DNA of 64,000 nt, from positions 124,001 through 188,000 of the forward strand of contig NIVC01000093.1 in the NCBI GenBank assembly GCA_002269645.1. The letters run 5' to 3'. Each line of letters starts with the position of its first letter. Within the stretch, counting starts at the first letter, position 1. The position numbers and the translations under genes are program-made. This document shows, piece after piece, positions 11,906 through 36,700 of the stretch. Origin of the DNA: Macrostomum lignano (Eukaryota). The notes beneath the pieces were generated by a model, which was not told the DNA's origin, ran no database searches, and saw only the letters and a program-made list of their open reading frames with translations.

Positions 11906-14900
11906 CTAATCCAATCCAGCCGCGTCATTGTCCATGGCATTTTCTAAGAAATAGAAATTCTCTCGAACCAACTGCTGGCAGCTGTCGTAGCTGAGCAGGC
12001 AGTCGTGCAGAGCCGCCAATTCCGACTGCACAGCTAGCGAGTCCGGATCGCGCCTGGGAAATACGGTGGAGGTCAGCAGCTTATCTAACAGGTAGTGCAG
12101 CCACATCAGATTTGTTCGAGGATTGAATTTGCGCCAATCGTCTGAGCAGTCGCGGCGCATCATTCGGTACACCTGCGTGGGTTTTGGATGGGTGTTGGGC
12201 AGCGTGACTGGTGCTGATGCAGGCTCAGTGTCTGTACGGACAGACACAGTCAATACAGACAGAGACACAGTCAATACAGACAGAGACACAGTCAATACAG
12301 ACAGACACAGTCAATACAGACAGAGACACAGTCAATACAGACAGACACAGTCAATACAGACAGAGACAGTCAATACAGACAGAGACACAGTCAATACAGA
12401 CAGAGACAGTCAATACAGACAGAGACACAGTCAATGCAGACAGAGACACAGTCAATACAGACAGAGACACAGTCAATACAGACAGAGACACAGTCAATAC
12501 AGAGAGAGACAGTCAATACAGACAGAGACACAGTCAATACAGACAGAGACACAGTCAATACAGACAGAGACACAGTCAATACAGAGAGAGACACAGTCAA
12601 TAGAGACAGGGACACAGTCAATACAGACAGAGACACAGTCAATGCAGACAGAGACACAGTCAATACAGACAGAGACAGTCAATACAGACAGAGACACAGT
12701 CAATACAGACAGAGACACAGTCAATGCAGACAGAGATACAGTCAATACAGACAGGGACACAGTCAATACAGAAAGAGACACAGTCAATAGAGACAGGGAC
12801 ACAGTCAATACAGACAGAGACACAGTCAATGCATACAGAGACACAGTCAATACAGACAGAGACACAGTCAATACAGACAGAGACACAGTCAATACAGACA
12901 GAGACACAGTCAATACAGACAGAGACACAGTCAATACAGACAGAGACACAGTCAATACAGACAGAGACACAGTCAATACAGACAGAGACACAGTCAATAC
13001 AGACAGAGACACAGTCAATACAGAGAGAGACAGTCAATACAGACAGAGACACAGTCAATGCAGACAGAGACACAGTCAATACAGACAGAGACACAGTCAA
13101 TACAGACAGAGACACAGTCAATACAGACAGAGACACAGTCAATACAGACAGAGACACAGTCAATACAGACAGAGACACAGTCAATACAGACAGAGACACA
13201 GTCAATACAGACAGAGACACAGTCAATACAGACAGAGACACAGTCAATACAGACAGAGACACAGTCAATGCAGACAGAGACACAGTCAATACAGACAGAG
13301 ACACAGTCAATGCAGACAGAGACACAGTCAATACAGACAGAGACACAGTCAATACAGACAGAGACACAGTCAATACAGACAGAGACACAGTCAATACAGA
13401 CAGAGACACAGTCAATACAGAGAGAGACAGTCAATACAGACAGAGACAGTCAATACAGAGAGAGACACAGTCAATACAGAATCGGATACAGACACAACCA
13501 ACGCAGTACATTCTACTAGTAGTAATAGATAAACAATGAGATCACCTCAAACTGGTAGTCGCCATCGCCAACAAAGATGCCCTCGTCGCCGGACATATCA
13601 ATATAAAGCACGTAGCCAGGCGCCGGGCTGACCCGACTAACAGTGAAATCAATGATAGCCACTTCCAGGCCTTCGCAATTGATTGCGTAATTATGATCGG
13701 CCACTCGGTAGCGGATTTTAACCCGGCCAGACCGGCGGACCAGCACATTGTTCCAGTGCAGGTCGCGGTGCTCGAACTGGAACTGCGACTCGGCGGCGGC
13801 CAGAGACAGGGCCAGCTGGAGGATCACGGAGCGGGCCTCGCGGTAGCAGCCGAAACGGAAGGCCGGCAGGGGACAGCCCGCGAATCTTTTTGGGGAAGGA
13901 TTATGAGTCTTTGAATACATATGAGTCATGATTTATGAGTCATTGAATATATATGGGTCATGAGTCATATGAAATATTGAATATATAAGGGTCATTGGTT
14001 ATGAGTCATTGAATAGATATGGGTCACGACTCATGGATTATGAGTCATTAAATATGTATGGGGCATGAGTCATACGAGTCATCGAATAGATATGGGTCAT
14101 GAGTCACTAAATATATATGGGTCGTGAGTCATATGAGTCATTAAATACATATGGGTCGTGTGTCAGAAATTATTGAATAGATATTGGTCATGGGTTATGA
14201 GTCATTAAATACGAGTATATATGAGTCATGAGTCATTGAATACGATTATATATGAGTCATGAGTCATTGAATACGAGTATATATAGGTCATAAGTCATGA
14301 GTCATTGAATACATATGGGTCATGATCAATTGGCTATATGATCATAGAATGAAATTGAGGAAAAAATTAAAAAGATTACGTATATACTACTTACTTGTAC
14401 TCCAGTAGTAGCCACTGCTGCCTTGCCGGTAGAAATTCCGGATTTTCGTTATCAGACACTCGAACTCCGGCATTAAACGCTTCCCACTCCTCGGACAGGC
14501 GGGGGTGCAGTTTACCGCGAACAATGCTAGCATTGAGCAGCTGGACAAAGTTACCAGTTTTATTACTCCGATACCTATAGGCCAGGTTAGTCAGCTTGCG
14601 AGAGATCAACAGTTCAGGCAGGACTTCGTCGAACATTTTCTGCGGTTCGCAGTTCACCAGCTGGCCGCCCTCGATAGGGAACAGTTTCAGGGCCACCTCC
14701 TGGCGACCGCGGCGAGTGGCGTAGACCTCGCCGTAGACGCCTTCGCCAACTTTGTGCAGGCCGTCCAGCATCTCCTGGGATAGGGCGTCCTCCCATCTGG
14801 AGTGTGTGAAGGAGAAAGAATTTGATGAAAGAACCTAATCTAAGAACTAAAGAACTAATTCGGGGCTAAATTGGAATCTCGGCTTGGCTCTGCTCGTGCA

Positions 14901-16559
14901 GTAAACGCCCAGCTTGAGGGACAAACCATGAAGTGTACATGCCTAACCATAAATAAAGCTAGGGTCGCTGTACACTCCTGTGTGAGTGTGTGCCTGCTCA
15001 GGGGAGTCGGCGGAATGGGTCGGTTGTGTGTGACAATGTCGCCTAAAGTGCGCCAGGATACACACAGTCCATTCTCTGCTCTTCTAATTGGCGCCCATGT
15101 ACATGTCTCAAGGGGTATCTTAGTTGATGTGACCGCGCACAGAGGGTAGGTCTCAATTAGTGTAATTCTGTGCGTCATGACGCATCAACTTTTAATTTTT
15201 TCATCTCGAATTTCAACCCTCAGATGCCGAATTGACAGGCTGGATTCTTCTTCCAAGCTGGATACTGATTGATTTAAGTTCCTTGTTAATTTTAGCTACT
15301 GGGATTACAAGACTTCAAACTCCGACTCCGCAGCGCAGCGCACACAAGCTGTCTTTCTCTTGATCGCATCTCTTAGACAAAGAAATCTCTTGTACAATCT
15401 ATTATAAGCAGCAGACCCACCTAACGCAGTCGTTCTGACGGCACAGCCGCAATACGCAGTCGCGATATTCGCACTGCTGATAAAGTCGCCAATAGCTCTG
15501 TTCCAAAGATTGATCCAATAATTTCTCGTCGTCTTCCAAAGCAACATTGGCGGAAGCATTCACTGGCAATTTATGACAGCGCTTGCTAGGGGACAGGTCA
15601 GTCTCGAGATCAACGCCACTAGCATCGTGTTGACTACTACTATTAGTATTATTGTTATCACGCTCCTCCTGTTGTCGATTAGCGATAGCGGCTGCAACGC
15701 CTGCGTCAACTTCGATACGACGTTTAGCGACGCGTTTCAATTTTCGAGCCATATCCTGCTGGCTACTATTAGTAGCAGAAGTAGTAGAAGTAGCCACCGA
15801 TTGTTGGCTATTTCTAGCAGCTGCAGCTGAGGCGGCGGCACCGTTGCTATGCTTCAACTCGGAAGAAGCGGACGCGGCCAGAACGGCAACAGGCGACAAT
15901 GGCGACAGAGCTACAATGGCCGCTCTGAGCAACACGTTAGTAGCAACAGATTCGTTATTCTTCGACGATGACAGATGATTGACAGCTTCGTCGCAAGCTT
16001 CCAGACAGGGTGGGGATAGCGACTCCTGACGATCGGGCTGCTGGCTTTGCTGGCTGCGAAGATTATAATTACTAGCGGCTCGACGAGTTCGCCTAGTTGG
16101 CATGGGAGTCGAACTCGGGACTGCGACCTGTTGTCGATCAGCGGCTGTTAAAATCGGCGGAGGCAGCGCTTCCGACGTAGACGGCGCAGCTTTTCTACGT
16201 TGAGATTTTTTACCTGTCAACTGTTTGACTGGCGAAACGGCCTGACAACTATCGTCTGACGAGGTGATTGCCGCGAAAGCAGAAGACGAAGCCAAAGAAG
16301 AAGCAACAGAAGCAGCGGCGCTGCTTTGCTTTTGCTGGCGTTTCTTTTTTGAGGATCTTAAATTGCGTCTCAGCGGCGGTTTACGAGAATTAGACAGTGA
16401 GGAATTAACTGATGAAGACTCGGCGGACAAAGAGTCCATTGCCCGACTATTGGCAGTCAGCATTGCGGCCGTGGCAGCTGCGGCGGCGCATCGTCGAAAG
16501 CCTGGACGACGAGTTGTTGAGGTCGTCGTCGACAAAGACGAGGAACCCCTTTTAGGCAT
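11906..16559 (-). CDS. GSG2: Haspin serine/threonine kinase (histone H3T3 kinase), ~715 aa, 4 exons
   Basis: Exons (minus) 16559-15421, 14796-14395, 13885-13546, 12172-11906; phases 2/2/0, total 2148 nt. Basic low-complexity N-terminus, then [66 protein letters not shown], which are haspin-specific kinase motifs. Confidence 0.93.
12240..13480. repeat. 21-bp minisatellite (CACAGTCAATACAGACAGAGA), ~59 copies, Haspin intron 3
   Basis: Tandem units with 19-bp variants. Confidence 0.97.
13915..14340. repeat. Degenerate ATATGGGTCATGAGTCATTGAAT repeat, Haspin intron 2
   Basis: Recurrent motif with variable spacing. Confidence 0.8.
14857..15085 (+). mobile_element. 5'-truncated copy of the same SINE, in Haspin intron 1
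   Basis: Shares GGGGCTAAATTGGAATCTCGGCTTGGCTCTG, TGTACACTCCTGTGTGAGTGTGTGCCTG, CTCAGGGGAGTCGG and TAAAGTGCGCCAGG with 27486-27720; lacks the tRNA-like head. Confidence 0.7.
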
Positions 16560-16744
16560 GCCCGCTGATGAAGGGCTTCGGTTTTGATGTAATTAATTGT
16601 AAGCTGCGACGATGAAAGCGCGGTTTGAGCAGATAAGGCCAGACAACAGAAAATATCGCTGCGGGATAAATAGACTTCATTTTTGTCTTTTTAAGTAAAC
16701 TGCGTTTTAAGAAATTTGATTGTATAAAACTGATGAATAAGAAA

Positions 16745-16790
16745 GCAGACAGACAAACAGACAAACAGGCAGACAGACAGAAGGACAGAC

Positions 16791-16841
<51 letters not shown>

Positions 16842-16862
16842 TAGACAGACAGACAGACAGAC

Positions 16863-16897
<35 letters not shown>

Positions 16898-16898
16898 A

Positions 16899-16929
<31 letters not shown>

Positions 16930-16930
16930 A

Positions 16931-16975
<45 letters not shown>

Positions 16976-17045
16976 CACAGACAGAGAGACAGACAGACAG
17001 ACACACAGATGCACAGACAGACAGACAGACAGACAGCCAGACAGA
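16745..17045. repeat. (GACA)n microsatellite
   Basis: Read directly. Confidence 0.95.
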
Positions 17046-17819
17046 CGACAGTCAAAGACACTAAATCGGCTACTCCAATCAAGTTAAAATGAAAACCACA
17101 GAAAGCCGGCCATAAATCAAGTGCTAGGTCGTCAAGGGTTTTTATTCAAGCAGACAGTATAAACTGTAGTTGACAGTTAAATAAAGCTGGGTTCGTAATT
17201 ACAGAAACGGGATGACAGTGAAGATTAAATAAACTAATACTAAAACTTAAACAACATTAGTTTGTTAAATATTAAACAGTCAAATGTAAGTGTCAGTTTT
17301 ATAATACATGAATAACGTATTTAGTAAATAAAGTAAATAAGTTGTATATTACTAGTAATAATGAATTGTACTGTACTGCGAGACACTAAATTATTTGTAC
17401 AATTGCAACTGACACACTGAGACATTTGATATATAAGTAACTAAATTCAATTTGCACCGGATAAAACTACGGCAATAGACAAATATAAAGTTGGAAAAGC
17501 TGAAGAATATATTATACTACAATTTTTTTAAGTTAATAAGCACGATTATAATACGCTCGTAAAACAAGAAAAGCGCATTTAAATAAATTATTAACGATGA
17601 CGCCAAGATAAGAGTAAAGGAAATGAGTTTTATTGGTTACTGACAGCGAGCAGAAGGTAAGATATAAGGTAGAGAGCAGAAAAATGATTTTTTTTGTTTT
17701 ACAAAACAAATAATTAGTGTCATTACAATGGCATGCATGATTACGAGCAGTGGTAACTATAAAAAAACTATAACTTTCCACGACTCAAGCTTTTTTATTA
17801 TTACTGCAAATCAATTAAG

Positions 17820-18552
17820 CAGTCAGTCAGTCAGTCAGACAGTCAGTGAGTCAGTCAGTCAGTCAGTCAGTCAGTCAGACAGTCAGTGAGTCAGTCAGTC
17901 AGTCAGTCAGTCAGTCAGTCAGTCAGTCAGTCAGACAGTCAGTGAGTCAGTCAGTCAGTCAGTCAGTCAGTCAGTGAGTCAGTCAGTCAGTCAGTCAGTC
18001 AGTCAGTCAGTCAGTCAGTCAGTGAGTCAGTGAGTCAGTCAGTCAGTGAGTCAGTCAGTCAGTCAGTCAGTGAGTCAGTGAGTCAGTCAGTCAGGCAGTC
18101 AGTCAGTCAGTCAGGCAGTCAGTTAGGCAGTCAGTCAGTGAGTCAGTGAGTCAGTCAGTCAGTCAGTCAGTCAGTCAGTCAGTCAGTGTGTCAGTCAGTG
18201 TGTCAGTCAGTCAGTCAGTCAGTCAGTCAGTCAGTGTGTCAGTCAGTGTGTCAGTCAGTCAGTCAGTCAGTCAGTCAGTCAGTGTGTCAGTCAGTGTGTC
18301 AGTCAGTCAGTCAGTCAGTCAGTCAGTCAGTCAGTCAGTCAGTCAGTCAGTCAGTCAGTCAGTCAGTCAGTCAGTCAGTCAGTCAGTGAGTCAGTCAGTC
18401 AGTCAGTCAGTCAGTGAGTCAGTGAGTCAGTGAGTCAGTCAGTCAGTCAGTGAGTCAGTGAGTCAGTGAGTCAGTGAGTCAGTGAGTCAGTCAGTCAGTC
18501 AGTGAGTCAGTCAGTCAGTCAGTCAGTCAGTCAGTCAGTCAGTCAGTCAGTT
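17820..18552. repeat. (TCAG)n microsatellite
   Basis: Read directly. Confidence 0.97.
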
Positions 18553-18753
18553 AGTATTGCACACACATGAATCGCAATAACCAAATAAACAGTAAAAGCC
18601 GCCATTGATACACAGGGGACAACAGGGAGAGCAAAATGAAACCAATGGGAACAATAGGGTAAAATAATAATAAGTCGCACAGGGTAAGCTTAGGAGCCAG
18701 TCAATGCAAAGTCGTACAAGCATCAATTGAGCATTCAGCTACTCAGCTCGAAT

Positions 18754-30831
<12,078 letters not shown>

Positions 30832-33074
30832 TGTTTCTAGAAAATTAATTGAACTCAAGTAAGCGCTATTACGGGATAACGATTTCTATAACGATTTACG
30901 ACAATAAAAATGGTTGAATGCTCGTTAATTTACGCTACAAAAACAAATCGGATTTTTTGCTAAAGATCCATAATAAAGTTGCAAAACTTGCTTTTATTGC
31001 TGGTTCCTATGTTGTAATAAGATATTTACAACATTTTATGCATTTTTTAAGCTTTTTAACAAAAAACAGACATAAGGAGATTTTACTTTGTTTAACTGCG
31101 TTAAAAAATGTTTTTTTCAAACCATTTTGTAGCTAACGTTTTAAATCCTATTTTTAATAGCTTTTCTGGTAAAGTGATTTCAAGCAGATTTCATTTTCAA
31201 ACTTTCAAACTTCATTTGATACAATAAAAAGAATGACAATTATAAACGTAACGATCAAAGTATTTGAGAACGTTTTAAAAAATGACGTATCTGATCATAA
31301 CTTTAATATGGCAGCAAAAAAACAGATAGACTTATTCACCAAATTGAATTCTGAATTTACAGAACCGGGAAATTGATGTGGGCACTTAAGTTAAATTTTC
31401 GGCTGGTTCTCACTGATAGCTGTGCTAATGATATTATTAATGCTTTCTGTTGCTTCGAATTTATCACTTGTTACCATATTTCTAACTGATTCGAAGCATC
31501 AGGAAGCACGCACAGTGTGGGTAGGTTTGGTGCAATGCAAGGAAATCTAGAAATTTGTCGTACAACAATGCTACAAATTATTTAAGATTGATCGGCTGTC
31601 TACTGTGGTGAATTGGTGGCTGGTACGCTGTGTGTAACCGTCCATAATTATGTACTTTGTATGCTATATATTGCTAAAAATGACAAATTAAACTGTCTAT
31701 TGTTTGTCTTATGAATTGCAAATGCGCATGTATTTCTATAAATGGCCAACTATAGTGTCAAGTATGATAAATTCTTCAGATAGAAAGAATTTATACCAAA
31801 AATTAGCGTACTACGTGTGACATAGCTAGCAACCTATATACATGTATATAGAATGCACCAATTTCCTAATATTTTCGTTATTGTTTTACTGCTGCAGGTG
31901 AAAAAGCTCTATATGCTTTTTCAGTCAGGTGTTTTAGTGCTGATTATTTTCAGTGTATACTTGTATACTGCATGTACATGTATATACGTTCAAACCAAGC
32001 ATGCTGTGCGACTTGTTTATATGCTGCAATTGCAGTCGAATAGTAATTTAACATTTAACATCCTGCTAATACATTTTGATGAGAAGTTAAGATGAGAAGA
32101 GGACATTGGACATCGTCTAAGTGTCATAAATATACATTTATTACATTCATAATTAACTGAATGGATACCCTGCGAATTGAAACAAAAATACGAATGTGTC
32201 TTGAATTATTTTTCCTTTATAAATGAATAAATGCTTTTTAACTAATAAACTGATTAATAATACATTTGGATAAAAAGCTTAGTAAAACTAAACAATCAAA
32301 TTTCATTGACAAATTTAAGCTGTCAAATTTTGTAAACTTAAAATGTTTATTATTTAAAACAAAATACATTAACCTGATAAAAAACGACTAGAGTTACAAG
32401 TTTTGAAAAACACAGTTTAAAGCCTTTAAAAATGTAGTACATGTATAATTAAAGTTGAGATATTGATAATTGTTCATATTTTTGCACTATGTCAGATTGC
32501 TTTTTTATGATAAAAATGAAAACGATCGATGTGTTATAAAAAGCAAACTCTTTAAACACGTGTCGGTTTAGATAAACAAATTGCCATAATCCAAATTTAT
32601 AGGTAATTACATTTTTGAAATGTCAATAGCCTGGAATATTTCAAACCGCGGCTAACAACAGTCAATTATTAATCACAAAAAATCATAGGGTTATTGTTTA
32701 AAAAATGGCACAAACAGACATACAGTAAATAACTTAAAATGGAATGCAATATTAATAAATGACAAACTGTGAGTTGCATTAAGCAACAGTAATTGTGACG
32801 CAACACAATGTAAATAAATATCATTAAATATCCATGTGTATTAATGATTTTATGATAAATTATAAATATAAATGTTATGACAGTGATACAACAATAGATA
32901 ATATTGTGCTTGTTATGTACCCAGAAGTGTCGCATCTTCGTACGTTCGCATCGCATCTTCGCACGAGTTGTTAATTGCCAAGCAAGTGACAAAAAATACA
33001 CCCAGGTAAATTTAAAACGGAATCAGAGCTACAGGAGATACAGTATTACGAAGCAGTTTTGAGGAGATGCAGGT

Positions 33075-33615
33075 GAGACAGTAGCAGGCTTCCAGGTAAG
33101 ATAACAAATTTTCAGATGAGACATAGCCTTCCAGGTGAAACAGTATAGGGACTTCCAGGTGAGATAGTATAGGGACTTCCAGGTGAGGCAGTATAGGGAC
33201 TTCCAGGTGAGACAGTATCTAGGGACTTCCAGGTGAGACAGTATAGGGACTTCCATGTGAGACAGTATAGGGACTTCCAGGTGAGACAGTAGGAGACTTC
33301 CAGGTGAGACAGTATCTAGGGACTTCCAGGTGAGACAGTATAGGGACTTCCAGGTGAGACAGTATAGGGACTTCCATGTGAGACAGTATAGGGACTTCCA
33401 GGTGAGACAGTAGGAGACTTCCAGGTGAGACAGTATCTAGGGACTTCCAGGTGAGACAGTATAGGGACTTCCAGGTGAGACAGTATATGGACTTCCAGGT
33501 GAGACAGTAGGAGACTTCCAGGTGAGACAGTAGGAGACTTCCAGGTGAGACAGTAGGGACTTTCGGGTGAGAGTAGGGACTTCCAGGTGAGACAGTAGGG
33601 ACCTCCAAGTAAGAC
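33075..33615. repeat. 24-bp minisatellite (GGGACTTCCAGGTGAGACAGTATA) with 23-27-bp variants
   Basis: Tandem units just beyond the 4TM stop codon. Confidence 0.95.
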
Positions 33616-33707
33616 CATGCTTTGTGTTATTCATTAAAAATCACCTCAAACATTGCCTTAACCAAATAGATTTAATATTATTTCAGAGTTCAGTCATTCC
33701 CCAGGCA

Positions 33708-36700
33708 TCAAGCCTGTGCGTACACATCCGAAGCGGCATAAGAGCCAATGGCCGAATAAGGATTTCCGCCGTGCATCAGAAGCTGCTGCTGCTGCTGCTG
33801 CAGCTGCTGAGAATCAATATTAATTGGGTCGTCGCCATTGCCGAAAGCGGCTTTGTCGCCTGAACTGCTGCCAAGTTCGCTGTCAATCTCGCATGCGTAG
33901 GAATATATTACCAGACAGAAGCCCACCTGCGTGAAAGAGACAAAACCATACAGAATAATGACGCTGAGCGATACGGTTGGCATATCAATCAAGGTAGGTC
34001 CAGTGGCACATTAGTGGGGTAGACAGTGACACATTAGGAAAAACAGTGACACATTAGGAAAGACAGTGACACATTAGGGATGACAGTGACACATTAGGGA
34101 TGACAGTGACACATTAGGAAAGACAGTGACACATTAGGAAAAACAGTGACACATTAGGAAAAACAGTGACACATTAGGAAAGACAGTGACACATTAGGGA
34201 TGACAGTGACACATAAGGGAAGACGGTGACACATTAGGGAAGACTAGTAGTGAGAATAGTGACGCACACCAACCCAATAAAGGCAGCAAAAAAGGTCAAA
34301 GCTCGCGATGGCGATGCACTTACATTGCACAGAAATCGAATAATGTAGAAGAGATTCTTCCAAACCAGAAACGGTAGGCGCTGAAGCGATTAATGATAGA
34401 AAATACCTTTAGAAAGATTTCGATACGAAAATCAATATACTTTACTTTCGATAACCACGATAATTTCCACAGTTCCAAGTTCGATAATTTCCACAAATAA
34501 TTAGAAAGTGGACCACCACTTTCTAAACCGATAGAAAGTTTCGTTAAAGGAAGACAGACAGCAGGGGATATAACAGTGGTGGTGGCCCAGCAACTGAGGA
34601 TCTGGGAGGCTGGCCCAGCAACAGACACTCTGGGAGGCTGGCCCAGCAACTGAGGATCTGGGAGGCTGGCCCAGCAACTGAGGATCTGGGAGGCTGGCCC
34701 AGCAACTGAGGATCTGGGAGGCTGGCCCAGCAACTGAGGATCTGGGAGGCTGGCCCAGCAACTGAGGATCTGGGAGGCTGGCCCAGCAACAGAAACTCTG
34801 GGAGGCTGGCCCAGCAACAGACACTCTGGGAGGCTGGCCCAGCAACTGAGGATCTGGGAGGCTGGCCCAGCAACTGAGGATCTGGGAGGCTGGCCCAGCA
34901 ACTGAGGATCTGGGAGGCTGGCCCAGCAACTGAGGATCTGGGAGGCTGGCCCAGCAACAGAAACTCTGGGAGGCTGGCCCAGCAACAGACACTCTGGGAG
35001 GCTGGCCCAGCAACTGAGGATCTGGGAGGCTGGCCCAGCAACTGAGGATCTGGGAGGCTGGCCCAGCAACTGAGGATCTGGGAAGCTGCCAAGAGCCAAG
35101 AAACTAAGAAAGACAGGAGTAATAAATAGATACATGCAGTTGAAAAATGTTTTCTAACAGCTTCGATTGCTAATAAATACTAAAATAGTAGATAAGATCA
35201 TATTTAAATTGAATTTTAGCTAACTTACCCATCCAGCAAGGCCATACCAGGAATATACATAGCAGCTGATGCCCAGTTCAACAAGAATATAGATGCTCAA
35301 TAAAATGTAGAATCCTTTCAGAGCTGGTAGTAGATCATAAATTTTCTAAAAAAAATGTAGGCAGATGACAAAATATTGGCTTAAACAATTTAGAATATGA
35401 TATTTTAAAGCTATCAACAGTTAATGAAACCAGAATGCTTCAAAATGCTTACATAGACTCTTGGGCGCAGGATGGCCACCAGGACATAAACAGCCATGAC
35501 AATGATAATAATGTGGGCCAAAGTCATGATTCCATCACAGATGGCAAAACCTTTCCAAAACAGTCTCTTCCAGAATGATCGAAATGCTCCATGAATTTCA
35601 AACTTGAGATTCTCATCGTAGGTTAGCCAGTCAAGGAACACGGTGACTAGCTCAACAAATGCAGTGATCTAAAGAATAAAATGAAATACAAACATAATAA
35701 TTTTTTGATACTTTATCAAATGACAATTGATTTTTATAAACTTTTAACCATTGCAGTTTTTTCATAATTATAAACTAAAACTTCTATGCATTGTGAAATT
35801 TTATAAATCTTGAAAGCAAAAAGTCCAAGGTTTAATTCTCTATGATAAATCACTATATATTATCATTGAGATCCTTAAACTATAAACCTTATATAAACCC
35901 AAAATCTTTATAATTACAAAATTCCCAAGTTAATTTTCTAGGCCAATTTTAAAAAGAGTGTCCTATATAGACATGCTTGAATGCATTTTAAATGCAGAGC
36001 TTTTTGTCAATATCATCATACATGTGCAACTGCTGGCCGAGCTGGCCGATCCGGCCACCGTAAATCGTGGCTGACCAGGGGTAAGTCGCAAAATTGAGTC
36101 GACCAAAAACAGAAAAACACAAGAACCAAGAAAGAAAAGCAACAGGAAAGCGAAAAAAGAGCAGTTCAAGGAAAATGGTGAAGCAAAAGAAAAACAAGTC
36201 GCATAAGAAGCAAACTAAGTCGCAAAAAGGATCAGGTAAGTTGCAATAGGAGCAACTAAGTCGCAAAAAGGATCAGGTAAGTCGCATAAGAAGCAAACTA
36301 AGTCGCAAAAAGGATCAGGTAAGTCGCAACAGGAGCAACTAAGTCGCAAAAAGGATCAGGTAAGTCGCATAAGAAGCAAACTAAGTTGCAAAAAGGATCA
36401 GGTAAGTTGCAAAAAGGATTAAGTAAGTCGCAAAAAGAAGCAACTAAGTCGCAATAAGAGGGAAGTAAGTCACAATCAGAGGCAATCAGGGGGTAGTAAG
36501 TGCAAGTGTGGCAGGAGAGCAAAAACAGAATAGAAGCCTTCAACCACAGACAAGATCTTTGAAATCAGCAGCCTGTGTCAACAGTTTCCCATTGATTTCT
36601 TAAACTCTGGAGCAGGGGTCGGCAAACTCCGGCTCGCGAAGCCCCTCTATCTGGCCCTTGCCCCTCGGGTTCTTTGAAACTTCCTAACTAGCAAGGTTGG

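Noticed and set aside
12123-13539. ORFs of up to 469 aa with QSIQTET/TVNTDRD repeats
   Set aside because: 21-bp minisatellite in a Haspin intron; open in several frames on both strands.
13720-13780. Haspin motif variants HRDLHWNN and DFT
   Set aside because: The catalytic Asp, Asn and Lys are retained; these are conservative variants and give no basis for a pseudokinase call.
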